Source of the DNA: Phyllobates terribilis
Taxonomy: Eukaryota
Length of the DNA stretch: 64,000 nucleotides
Reading direction: 5' to 3'
Assembly (NCBI RefSeq): GCF_046119375.1
Contig: NW_027362761.1
Span: 548,328,001-548,392,000 of the forward strand
This document shows positions 12,810-24,129 of this stretch, piece after piece (position 1 is the first letter of the stretch; each line of letters starts with the position of its first letter). Both the position numbers and the translations under genes were made by a program. The notes beneath the pieces were generated by a model. That model saw nothing but the letters and a program-made list of their open reading frames with translations, was not told where the DNA came from and ran no database searches.

Positions 12810-13178
12810 AGAGAATTTGTCAGCAGGTTTTTGTTACCTCATCTGTGAGCAGCATGATGTAGGAAAAGAGACCCTGCATCCAACGATGTATCACTTAGTT
12901 TTTTGAGTGCAACCATTCTGACACAATCAGAGTTTTTAGATTTAGCAATGCAGCAGAGCTGAGGAAGCTAACCCCGCCTACACCACAGCTAACTCAGCCC
13001 ACACCACACTCTTAGTAGACTCAGAGCTGCTTATAACAGAAGTTGGTGGAGTTGGACTCGCAAGGTGATTAAAGTTCAGTCTAACGAAACAGCACCACAC
13101 ATCATTGAGTTAAGTGTTTTAACCCATACATTATGCTGTCCTCAGTTTACATAGCAAAAACCTGCTGACAGATTCCAT
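12810..13178. mobile_element. T2/Kolobok-type MITE
   Basis: TTAA on both sides. Terminal inverted repeats agagaatttgtcagcaggtttttg / caaaaacctgctgacagattccat. Confidence 0.75.
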
Positions 13179-14054
13179 TTAAATGTGTAAAATCTTGATA
13201 ACATACATACAAAGGTTCATGTTAGATATAGCAATGCGTTTCTGGTGCGTCAAGCGTCCTTAATCATTTCTTCGGTATAGATGCAGTGACACTATTAGGA
13301 AGCATTATGCTTCTCTCATATTACATAACAAAACCTGCTGACAGATTCCTTTAAATGCTTCACTTGATAATGACTGCTGCATATAAGGAGCATGATAGAG
13401 TAAGTACAGCAATAAAGCTTTATTGTACTAACTCTGCTGACTGTCTTATACATGGAAGTGTAGTCTGATGGAAACCTTTTATTGGCGGAGCAAGAAAGAT
13501 ATAATGCAGCTCTCTGTCCTATTACAGCTGCATTTTGTATGTGTGCATGAGCCCTAAGAGTAATGATACCAAAGTAACTTGAAAGATCTAGGTCCAAATA
13601 CAAATTTGGGAACCGGTCTCGTCTCCTGCCATGTGCCATTTTTGAGCATTCTTATGTGGCACAAATGTCTTTTAGTCCTATTAGGCCACAGGAACCTGAA
13701 ACAGCTACTTCTCCTGCATACCCTTTAAATATGCCCCTAAATGATGAATTTTTTATCTCATTTAGGGTTTTTTCACACTGGTGTATAAAAAATATGTCCC
13801 AGTCTAATTTAGGAAAGTAGGACATATGAAATCCATATGGTATTCTGTATGTAATGCGAGTGTGCAATTTTTTCTCGCCATTCATATGCAATGCGATTTG
13901 TTACATGCGTCTACCCACAGAATCACTAAATGAAAGGGCCAGATAGATTTTTTTAAAGCTATTGTTGAGTTATCACCTTTCTATAGGACTCTTGTTTCTT
14001 GATTATTTTAGGTTTGTTAGCCAAACATGAATTTCAATTTTACATGCTACCAAA

Positions 14055-14560
14055 TTGAGCGTCTCCTTTGTCATGGTGTATTGTCAGTACAGTTTGTTGG
14101 CCATTAGACTCTATGTTCAGAATGCCTTTGATGTTCCATCGCCACGTCTCCAACCTAGATCCACTGGTGTGACATCAGCTTATGTAGTGGTTGCGTTTGA
14201 GGCCTTCCAGATACCACTAAAAGTTTGGAGGCCCTTTCCATGGCACAGTCTGGATGCCTAATATTCAATTACAGTGTAGCAAGTGCAATGGGATTGGTAG
14301 AATGTGCATTTAGCATTTTGGCCCCAAAATGGAGGGTACTGATGTTTGCCCTCCAATTAATCCAACAAAATTACATTTGTGTGAATATGGCATGTGTGAA
14401 CTCCCACTTCTGTAGCCGGATCCACGATAGGCCTGATTATGTGTTTCAACATGGAGACCATAGACCCAATTCTGGCATAGTCCCACACATTGGTTCGAGA
14501 TGCCAAGCCCCTTCTCACATCAGATTATGGTATATGTTGGCTTATAATTGTATTACTCCA
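14055..14560 (+). pseudogene. Harbinger DDE nuclease C-terminal remnant
   Basis: VVAFEAFQIPLKVWRPFP...IFNY...VECAFSILAPKWRVL resembles the HARBI1/DDE_Tnp_4 C-terminus. Confidence 0.75.
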
Positions 14561-14899
14561 GAGTGATTTTAGCCCTGCCAAGACACTCATGTTGCTTTAC
14601 CTTAAGAGAAATTTGTAAAATACCATGTAATAATGTCACATAGGCAAAATATGTGTTTGGTGATATGTTGTGCTGATTTTAAAATGATGTGGAATAATAA
14701 AAATAAAACTCAAACAACACTTAAGGAGAAATTATATGTATTTATTAATGAAGGTAATAAAGTCAATAAGGGCATCCTGCACCATATTGGTTTCATATGT
14801 CAAGGTAAACAAAAACAGAACAAAACAAACAAAAACAAATACTGGTATGTTGTCAGTTTCAAAAAATTATAAATTACAATAAGTAGAGGGGGATCTGGT

Positions 14900-17470
14900 C
14901 TGAGGGTCAGGATTGTGGGAAGACAGAGGCTAGATTGATGCATGACCTGGAGGAACATAGGATTAGTTGGAGGGAAGAGGGTTGTGAGAGGGAAATAAAG
15001 CATCAGATTGAGGAGGCCAACGGTATGGCCCACCTCTAGCACAATATCGTAACTCATGATGCTTATGGCTGTCTCAAATGTGGGCAAAGAGGCCAACAGT
15101 GTGCCCATGGCTAAAGGGGGCAGGTACTCTTCTCCAGCCAATTGATGGGACACTGTTATGTCCTAACTGGTCACCTGGTGTTTGATGTAGGACTGAGCTT
15201 GTGGTGTTGTGGTTGGGGCAGAAGTGGTGCAGGTGGATTACCTGTTTATGTGTGCTGGTTCTGAAGCTGGGGCATGCAAAGGTGGTTCTGGCCTGACAGC
15301 TGCCACCATTCCAGGAATTTATAAACCACTTAGTGGTCATTCAGTGCAGTAGAATTAGCCACCACATTTTGGAGAGCAGACCTGGCTCCCAGCTTGTTTG
15401 GCCATGGAAGGTCCTGCTTAAACCTCACCAGGCTCCAGCAAAATGCCTCATGACCATCTTCTGTATTCGTTTTCTGAGGAAGGGGGTGATGTGGTGGCCC
15501 ATAGTGCCCTGGCGTCTAGACATGGGGCTGATCAGGATTCCCTGTGCACCTGCTGCAATGGGAAATGGGGTCAGCTTGTGGGAGTGTCCAAAGGCAGCGT
15601 AAATGCACTGCTCCGGATTTGGACCTCTTTCTGAGGCTGGTCAACTTCTCCCAGTGGTGTAGCTCCTGCCTCCTCCTGTCCCTTCCCAGCAGGATCCAAC
15701 ACCAAACTTGTGCTAATGGATCTGAAAGGGCAAAAAAGAATCACAAAAACATTGTTTGCACGTTGCAGCAATTTATTAAAAACAAAACAGCTAAAAGAAC
15801 TTAGGGATGATGATCAATAACCGGGTCTAAAAATTGGAGCCTGTGCAGGTACAAGTAAGACCTTTTTTTTCAAGGGCACAGAACTCTGCTTGATGTGCTG
15901 CTGTCGCTCGCGGAGGTATTGGTCATGGTAGCTCTGCCACCATTTGAGCTGTCACTCCAAATAAACAGAGGAAAACTAATTAAAAACACGACATACTACA
16001 AAAATGATTTTGGACAACTGTCTGTTGTGTTTTTCATGGATAAAGTTTGTGGTCCGCTAGGCAAAAAGTCAATGGACATGGCCCCTCTAATTCAAGAATC
16101 TAACTTATTAGCACAATTTAGAACTTTCTTGTCGTTTTGCTTATTATGTCTGTTATGTTACGGGTCCGAGTGGTGGAACCTCCGTGCTTCAGTGCAAGGA
16201 GGGACCAGAGGGGTGTAACTAAGTGCCTACTCGAACCGACCCAGGTCACATGGTGGCTTAGTCGACTCCGTGAACCAGGGAGGGACCGGGCAGGTGAACC
16301 AGGTACGGTAGATAGCCAGACAGGTGCTCTGGGTAAGCAAGCAGGCGGGTACGGCGGAGAGCCATACAGGTGCTCCCGGTAGGCTGGCTGGCGGGCATGG
16401 CAGATTACTGGCTGGTGCTCCAGATAGGCAGGATGGCGGGCACGGCAAGTAACTGGCAGGTGCTCCAGGTAGGCAGGCTGACGGGCACGGCAGGTAACTG
16501 GCAGGTGCTCCAGGTAGGCAGGCTGGCGGGCATGGCAGGTAACTGGCAGGTGCTCCAGGTAGGTAGGCTGGCGGGCACGGCAGGTTACTGACTGGTGCTC
16601 CAGGCAGGCAGGCTAGTGGGCACGGCAGGTTACTGGCAGACTGGCGGGCTGGACTGTTAGACAGACTGGTGGGCAGGTCTGAAAGGCAGCGGGACCTGAG
16701 GGCTGAGGAAAGTGTTAGCACACAAAACAACAACCTTGCACAGGCATTTTGGAGGAGGTGCCTTTTATAGGAGAAGTCCTCCGGCCATTGGCCGGGGACT
16801 CTTTAGGATGGCGAGCGCAGCCCCCTTAAGAGGGAGGGAGCACGCGCGCGCCCTAAGCACAGTGCCCAGAAAGCACCCGAGGTGCGTGCCACAGCAGCAT
16901 CAGGGGAGCAGGAAGACGCCGGACCGGGACCACGGCGGTGAGGGGAACGGTGTCTCTGCCCGGCAGGAGGCCGAGACGCCGATGCTACAGTACCACCCCT
17001 TTACACTCCCTCTTCTTTAAGCCCGCGAGAAATTTTTTAAGAAGATGAGGGGCATGAATGTTCTCCTTGGGTTCCCAAGACCTCTACCAGGGCCAAACCC
17101 CTTCCAATCCACAAGAAATAAAGTCTTTCCCGTGGCAGTGAGGGGAACGGCATCTCCATCTCTGCCCGGCAGAAGGCAGAGACACCGATGCTACATATTA
17201 TTTCTTATTTTGTCTATTCTAATTGGCAAATTATATGTTTGGCAGAATAAAATTCAATACATAATACTGTATAGACATACTTACTGAGTGCAACTTGAAT
17301 ATCTGGTGTGCTGTCAACATAATTTGGGAACACCCTGTGGCATATCTCAGACCAGGCTGCTACCCTTACTGTCCAGTTGACATCAGTGGGGTGGCTGGCA
17401 TCCCACAATACGGAATTGTCCTGTACTAAAACATTGAGTAGTTCCACATTTATGTTCCTTGACATGTTGG
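14900..17470 (-). pseudogene. Harbinger MADF/Myb-like DNA-binding ORF, spliced, degenerate
   Basis: Exon 1 MSRNINVELLNVLVQDNSVLWDASHP...AAWSEIC ends at a gtaagt donor near 17284. The next exon (about 15980-15800) reads KWWQSYHDQYLRE...LQFLDPV with a frameshift. Confidence 0.7.
16156..17195 (-). mobile_element. Internally deleted chromoviral Gypsy LTR retrotransposon (full 3' LTR 16156-16990, PPT, chromodomain remnant, 5' LTR stub)
   Basis: TG...CA ends, flanks tgtta/tatta. Purine tract just before the 3' LTR on the minus strand. LVDWKGFGP..RSWEPKENIHAPHLLKKF remnant at about 17020-17135. 45-bp minisatellite inside the LTR (16330-16680). Confidence 0.8.
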
Positions 17471-17747
17471 GCTTTTTAAGTCCGCAGAGGCATGTTTTTT
17501 TTTGGGGGAGGATGTCTTGGTTGCAAGAAGGCTTTTGGCTAGGAATTTTCAGTGGCTGATGCAATTTCCTGGCTATTGTGTGAGTTGTGAGTTGTTTTCT
17601 CTCACTCATAGACTTGCATTGACGAATATTGTCCGATATACGCGGCCACTCGCAGCATGTTGAATTTTTTTTCTCATGTCAAATACAGCTGAGAAAAAAT
17701 GCACAGATCTGCACTGCCCCATTAAATAACATTGGTCCAAGTGCAAT

Positions 17748-17989
17748 ATTTATTTATTTTACCCACTTATATAGCACCATTAATTCCACAGCGCTTTGCA
17801 GAATTCATCATCACTGTCCCCGTTGGGGCTCACAATCTAAATTTCCTATCAGTATGTCTTTGTAGTGTGGGAGGAAACCCACGTAAACACAAGGAGAACA
17901 TACAAACTCCTTACAAATGTTGTCCTTAGTGGGATTAAAACCCCTGGACCCCAGCGCTGCAAGGCTGCAGTGCTAACCACTGAACCACC
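17748..17989 (-). mobile_element. tRNA-derived SINE
   Basis: Minus strand begins ggtggttcagtggttagcactgcagccttgcagcgctggggtcc (A-box-like tRNA head) and ends in an A-rich (aaat)n tail. Confidence 0.75.
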
Positions 17990-18899
17990 ATACTGCTTAA
18001 AACCTATTTTTATCGCATTGCACTTGTCCGATTTAGACACTAGTGTGAGCGAACCCTTACACAGATTAGAAATCTGAATTGATTATGATTGGAATAGAGT
18101 CTTAGAGTATATATTCTTTTTCTAAAATGTAATTATCACTTTTGGAAAACTCTTGCTAAGAGCAATTAATCAGAACTTTTTAATGGTAACACCACTTGCC
18201 CCCTGCAGGTTTTTATTCATCCTGTTATCCTAATTGTAATTAAATGACAATACCTACTACTGTATATTCCCAGTGCATGATGACAATTGAGTTTCATTTT
18301 ACAAAAGTTCCAATAGAAAAGTTAATATTAGTTGCTTAAAGTTGAGTTCCATAAAAATAAATTCAGGCTACTCTGCAACTTTGAGTATTAAGTAAACTGG
18401 GACGCCCTTTCAGCTTGGGCTGTAATATAACATTATTTTAGGCTCAAAATAGATCATACATGAGAAATTGTCCTATTCTCCATGTAGTAAAATTTAATTT
18501 TAACATTGCTTACATTTTGCCACAGGTCTACCAACATGGAATCTGAAGTAGTTCTCATTAGTATTGTCGATAAAGTTGTATCCTAATTGTAATGCCACTC
18601 ATTAAATCCCAATGGTACCAGAAATCTCAAAAAAAAAAAAAACAGCATCATACCATGCAGCCAAAAAGTAGCAATGGCAAACAAGCAGACTGTACTCTAA
18701 TGTAATGTTAAAGGGGATCTATCAGTAGGATCAATTCTCCTAAGACATCCATATGGGCGTGCAGATTATAGGAAGTTGAATGAAATGATACCTTGATATC
18801 TTTGATCCGATGGCTTGTACCTGATAAATCCATGTTTTTCTTAATATGCAAATGAGTATTAAGATCTATGGGCCAGACATAGATCTCCCTGAGCTTAGT

Positions 18900-21300
18900 T
18901 TAACCCCTTTACCCCGAGGGTGGTTTGCACGTTAATGACCGAGCCAATTTTTACAAATCTGACCACTGTCAATTTATGAGGCAATACCTCTGGAATGCTT
19001 CAACGGATCCCCCTGATTCTGAGATTGTTTTTTCGTGACATATTGTACTTCATGATAGTGGCAAAATTTCTTCAATATCACTTGCGTTTATTTGTGAAAA
19101 AATCAGAAATTTGGCGAAAATGTAGAAAATTTTTATGCCCTTAAATCACAGAGATATAGCTCACAAAATAGTTAATAAATAACATTTTCTATATGTCTAC
19201 TTTACATCAGCATAATATTGGATCCAACATTTTTTTTTTATTAGGGAACTACAAGGGTTAAAAGTTGACCAGCGATTTCTCATTTTTACAACAAAATTTA
19301 CCAAACCAATTTATAGGGACCACATCACATTCGAAGTGACTTTGAAGGGCCCAAAAGTGACACCATTCTAAAAGCTGCATCCCTCAAAGTGCTCAAAACC
19401 ACATTCAAGAAGTTTATTAACCCTTCAGGTGCTTCACAGGAATTTTTGGAATGGGGAAGAAAAAAATGAACATTTAACTTTTTCACAAAAATGTTAATTT
19501 AGACACCAATTTTTTTACTTTTGCAGGGGTACCAGGTAAAAATGGACCCAAAATTTGTTGTGAAATTTCCCCTGAGCATGCAAATACCTGATAAGTGGGG
19601 AAAAACATTGTTTGGGCGCATGGCAGCGCTCAGAAGGGAAGATGCGCAATTTGAATTTTTGAATTTAAAATTTGCTTGAATTAGTGGACGTCATGTAGCG
19701 TTTGGAGAGCCCCTGATGTGCCTTAACAGTAGAACCCCCCACAAGTGACACCATTTTGGAAACTAGACCCCTCAGGGAACTTATCTAGATGTGTAGTGAG
19801 CACCTTGAACCCCCAAGTGCTTCACAGAAGTTTATAACATGGAGCTGTGAAAATAATTAATTCAAACTTTTTCCACAAAAATGATATTTTAGCCCCAATT
19901 TTTTTATTTTCACAAAAATAAGAGGAAAAAAAAGAACATAAAAACTGTTGCTCAATTTCTCCTGAGTACGCTAGTACCCCATATGAGGGGAAAATACACT
20001 GTTTGAGCATATGTCAGGGTTCAGAAGGGAATGAGCACTGTGTTATTTTTTGAACGCAAAATTGGCTGGAATCAAGAGCGAACGCCATGTCGATCCCCCC
20101 CAAAAAAATGCTGGGATCGCTCGTGTATGGCAGGCAATCCCAGCAACGTTTTTTTGACCGCAAAGGACATGGGGCAGAGACTCAAGCATGTCACTCGAAC
20201 AACCGCGATACTCAGCGCATACCCGAGTACCTGATGCAAACTGAAGTAGCGAGCACTTGCGCTCAACACTGGTCGCCATATCGTCATCATTTTTTTTTCT
20301 TTAATTTTGAAAAAATCTCAACACTAATCCCAACCCAAACCCAAGCCCAACACTAGCCCAACCCTAAGCCTAGCACAACCCTAACCCTAGCCCAACCCTA
20401 GCCCAACCCTAACCCTAGCACAACCCTTATACAACCCCAACCCTAATCCTAGCCCAACCCTAACCCTAGCACAACCCTAACCCTAGCACAACCCTAACCC
20501 CAACGCTAATGCAACCCTAACCCTAGCACAATCCTAACCCTATAGTTTATTTTTTTATGCCACTCCTCATGTGGTGTAAGTAATTAGATGACATTATTCT
20601 TCGATTTGTTGCGATTACAGCAATACCAGATTCATATTGGGTTTTTACGATTGACAGCTGTCACACACTAAAAGATGCTTTTTTTGCAAAGACGAGTTTT
20701 TGCATTGCCATATTTTGAGAGCTATAATTTTTCCATATTTTGGCCGACAGAGTCATGTAACAGCTTGTTTTTTAGCGGGACAAGTTGATGTTTTTATTTG
20801 TACCTTTTCGGGCATTTGACATTTTTCTATCTTTTTCTATTCTGATTTTTGGTAGGCAGAATAAACAAAAACCAGCAATTCCAGAATTGTTTTTTTTGTA
20901 AGCCGTTCCGCGAATGGTAAAATTGATCGGCAGCTTTATTCTCCGGTCAGTACATTTACAGCGGTACCGCATTTGTATCATTTTTTTATGTTTTGGTGCT
21001 TTTACACAATAAAACTATTTTCCAGAAAAAAAATAATTTTGCATCACTTTATTCTGAGAGGTATAACTTTTTTATTTTTCATATGATGGAGCTGTATGGC
21101 GGCTTTTATTTGCGGGACAAGATGATGTTTTCAGCGGTACCATTTTTATTTACATTCGTCTTTTTTATTGCGTGTTATTCCATATTTTATTTGGCGTTAT
21201 GATGATAAAGCATTGTTTTCTGCTTAGTTTTTTTTTTTTTACAGTGTTCACTAAAGGGGTTAACTAGTGGGACAGTTTTATAGGTCAGGTCATTCCGGAC
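18900..21300. mobile_element. Kolobok/T2-like long non-autonomous repeat (right end uncertain)
   Basis: Starts TTAA-CCCCTT, contains AAGGGGTTAA at 21254-21263 and internal direct repeats. Related fragments at 9625-9830 and probably 1-210. Confidence 0.6.
20325..20542. repeat. Telomere-like (CCCTAA/CCCTAG/CCCAA) degenerate repeat
   Basis: ctaaccctagcccaaccctagcccaaccctaaccctagcacaaccc... Confidence 0.9.
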
Positions 21301-21479
21301 GCGGCGATACCTTTTATGCACTTTTATTATTTTTTTTCAGAATAAATACCGCACCTAGGCATTAGAAGAGGAAAATAAAAATAAAAAATGGAAGCAAAAA
21401 ATATGGTCACAATGCACTGTTAAGGGGGAGGGGGTCTGCTGCTGACACTTGTATAGGGGTAATGTCCCCCAATTCTGAT

Positions 21480-21895
21480 AATATCCCCCATCCTGGTATA
21501 TATGCCCTCCTTCCTATTAAACGTGGCCCCATCCCTATCCTGGTATGCACCATGGTACCCCTCCATCCTGATTTGCATGGTAACCCTCCATCCTAGTATG
21601 CATGGCACCCCTCATCCCTATCCTGGTATGCATGGCACTCCTCATCCCTATCCTGGTAGGCATGGCACCCCTCATCCCTATCCTCGCATGCATGGCACCC
21701 CTGATCCATATCCTGGTATGTATGGCACTCCGTTATCCTTATCCTGGTATGTATGGCCCCCTCATCCCTATACTGGTATGTATGATCCCCGTCATCTTTA
21801 TCCTGGTATGTATGGCCCCCTCATCCTTATCCTGGTATGTATGGCTCCCTCATCCTTATCCTGGTATGCATGGTCCACCTAATCCCCATCATGCT
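21480..21895. repeat. 30-bp minisatellite (atcctggtatgcatggcacccctcatccct), about 13 units
   Basis: Period 30 at 21591, 21621, 21651, 21681, 21711. Confidence 0.9.
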
Positions 21896-22084
21896 GCACA
21901 TAAAAAAAATAAACACTCCTACTCATCTTTCTTCTCTCTCCTCCAGCGCAGTGTCCTGTCTGCCCGCACTGATCTCGCCATAAGAGCCGCGCATGGGGTC
22001 ACTGCCATCCCAGGCTCGCAAGGAGAGATCAGCTGCCGGAGTCACTGCTCCCCACGCCGGGACTGTGTGCGTGGGGAGCAGTGA

Positions 22085-22325
22085 CTTCATGCTCCTTAAT
22101 AGTCGGCACACATCGTAGCCGCAGTGCGGCTCCTGCTGCTGTCGGGCGATTGAGTGTGCCCGATATTAAAGGGCATGAATATTCACCCCTCCCCACTCAC
22201 ATGGGCGTGGAGAGTGGGTGAATATTCATGCCCTTTAATAGTGGGCACACGCGATCGCCCAGCAGAAGCAGGAGCCGCGCTGCGGTTACAGTGTGCCACT
22301 ACTAAGGAGCATGAATATTCAGTGC
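22085..22325. repeat. Palindromic MITE-like hairpin centred near 22200
   Basis: attaaagggcatgaatattcacc / ggtgaatattcatgccctttaat arms, plus gcggctcctgct / agcaggagccgc. Confidence 0.75.
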
Positions 22326-22494
22326 TCCCCATGCCCATGGTTGTGAGATATTGTGTCCAGCGGAGATAAAGTGAGCAGGAATGGGTAACATCATCCTCTT
22401 ACATCGAATCGTCGATTTATGTTGGGATATGCGGTCTCGGATATGTTGTGTGGCCTCCCCAACATATCCGAGATCGCATAGGCATTTTATAAGA

Positions 22495-22862
22495 TATATA
22501 AGATAAGATAAGATATACTTTATTTATCCCGGAGGAAATTGCGGTATCACAGCAGCAGAACACAGATCTCGAACATGACACATATGATAACATAACATTT
22601 GGAATGCTTTAGACATTGCTTTTCAGACATTTGTTAAACACCCCCATAGCTGTTGGAACAAACGATTTCCTGTATTTTTCCTTTTTACACCTTAGTTGTA
22701 TTAGGCGATTGCTGAATGTGCTCTTCTGTTTCGCAAACAGTTCATAAAGCGGGTGTGTGTTGTTGCCCATTATAGCTCTGCACTTCTTCTTAATCCTATC
22801 CTCTACCACCTCTTCAAAAGTCCCAAGCTGTAGGCCCACCGTCGCGCTAGCCTTCTTGATCT
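22495..22862 (-). mobile_element. Rex/Babar-like LINE 3' end
   Basis: IKKASATVGLQL...HPLYELF...RLIQLRCKKEKYRKSFVPTAMGVFN followed by a (TATCT)n tail. Confidence 0.65.
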
Positions 22863-23483
22863 CACAAATGATGAATCGCAGGTGAAAAATTCCTTAACGG
22901 GATAACTTTTCCCAATTCTTGAATGAGTGAATGCATCCCCCCTGATGACATGGGAACACTGAAAACAGTGAAGGCATGGAAAAGTCCTTTTCTTCTGTAT
23001 GGCAAGTGTATCCTGGATTGGTGTAGGTCTACTATAGCCAATATCGGCTCTGACTAGAGTGTTACGTAGACTCTGTGCTCTTTTATTGCAAATCAAGGGG
23101 TAAGATTTAATATTCAGCGATCATCGGGTATGCGTTGCTAAGCAATGACCAGTGTTTCCTAATACAAGAGTGTATCAGCTTGTTGAAGGGATGATAAGTA
23201 TTGTCCAATGCTATCCTAAGGGAATTCGATTTTAGATGCACTGGTTGATGTTGTACTGTCTGCAGAATCTCCAAAGGATAACCTCTGTCTGAAAACTATT
23301 TGAACATTTCATTTATTCTGATATCACATTTCTGTTCATCTGAGACGATGCGGTTGATCCGACAGTATTGATATTTAGGTAGTGCCGACTTAACATGATG
23401 TGGATGCCAGCTTGAAAAGTGAAGTAGACCATTTTTGTCTGTGAGAGTCATATATAGATCAGTCTCCAGGCTTACATCCTTAT
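22863..23483 (-). pseudogene. Penelope-like element A, 3' part (post-RT region and Zn linker before GIY-YIG)
   Basis: DLYMTLTDKNGLLHFSSWHPHHVKSALP...CLHCFQC...GKSYPVKEFFTCDSSFV. Joins 45641+ in frame once the TSD is removed. Confidence 0.85.
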
Positions 23484-23694
23484 TAGTGTTGCGCGAGCAT
23501 GCTCGACACTGCTCGGTACTCGCCCGAGCATCTCACTACTCGGGATGTTCGGTGAGTACCGAGCATTCCCGGGTTACTTCGACAGGAGCTCGGGTCTCTG
23601 CCCTGCACGTTTGGCGCTCTTTACAGAGCCAATGAACATGCAGGGATTGCCAGCCAGTCACTGTAATGCCGCAGCCATGTTGTTTGTGGTCATT

Positions 23695-23760
23695 ACAGTG
23701 ATTGGCTGGCCGCACAGCGCCACCTCAAGTATTTAAAACTGGGCACCGCCATCTTGGGCA
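23695..23760 (+). promoter_or_regulatory. Putative family A transposase promoter
   Basis: Reverse CCAAT (gattggc), TATTTAAAA at 23730, YY1-like cgccatcttgg at 23747. Motif-only inference. Confidence 0.45.
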
Positions 23761-24129
23761 CAGTCGCTCCGGATCAGACAGTGTAGGGTCAGTGCTGCAG
23801 AGCTAGGGAGAGATTTATACTGGAAAATAGTTAGTGTAGGGTCTCTAAAGCCTGCCAAATCAAACAAACAGTCCTTCTCAGGACTAATATCCATCCGAGA
23901 TATCAGGCAGGCAGGCAGGCTATATAGGAGACGAAATGGTTATACCAACAAACGCTGAATTACTGTCCTGTGTGCTCCTGCTGGTCAAATTGCTAGACTT
24001 ATCCCCAGGTCTCAGGGGCCAGGAAAAATCCTTTTTTTTTCATCTAAATCCTGTTTTTTTATATTTTTTTCCTCAGTCAGAATGTACAAATACCCATCTT
24101 ATTAACCTTTTGGTATTTCTTCACCCTCA

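Larger units (their letters stand above)
13765..18056. mobile_element. PIF/Harbinger transposon, internally deleted, with nested LTR element and SINE
   Basis: TTA flanks. Ends gggttttttcacactggtgt / acactagtgtgagcgaaccc. Convergent nuclease (+) and MADF (-) remnants. Confidence 0.75.

Noticed and set aside
13230-13275. Hammerhead-like TGATTAA...GAAACGCA on the minus strand
   Set aside because: Core and stem II do not pair convincingly.
16227-16733. 168-aa Pro/Cys-rich repeat ORF
   Set aside because: It is the translation of the 45-bp minisatellite inside an LTR.
20090-20272. hAT family A-like right end (gcgctcaacactg) inside the Kolobok-like repeat
   Set aside because: No matching left TIR or clean TSD, so it cannot be delimited as an element.
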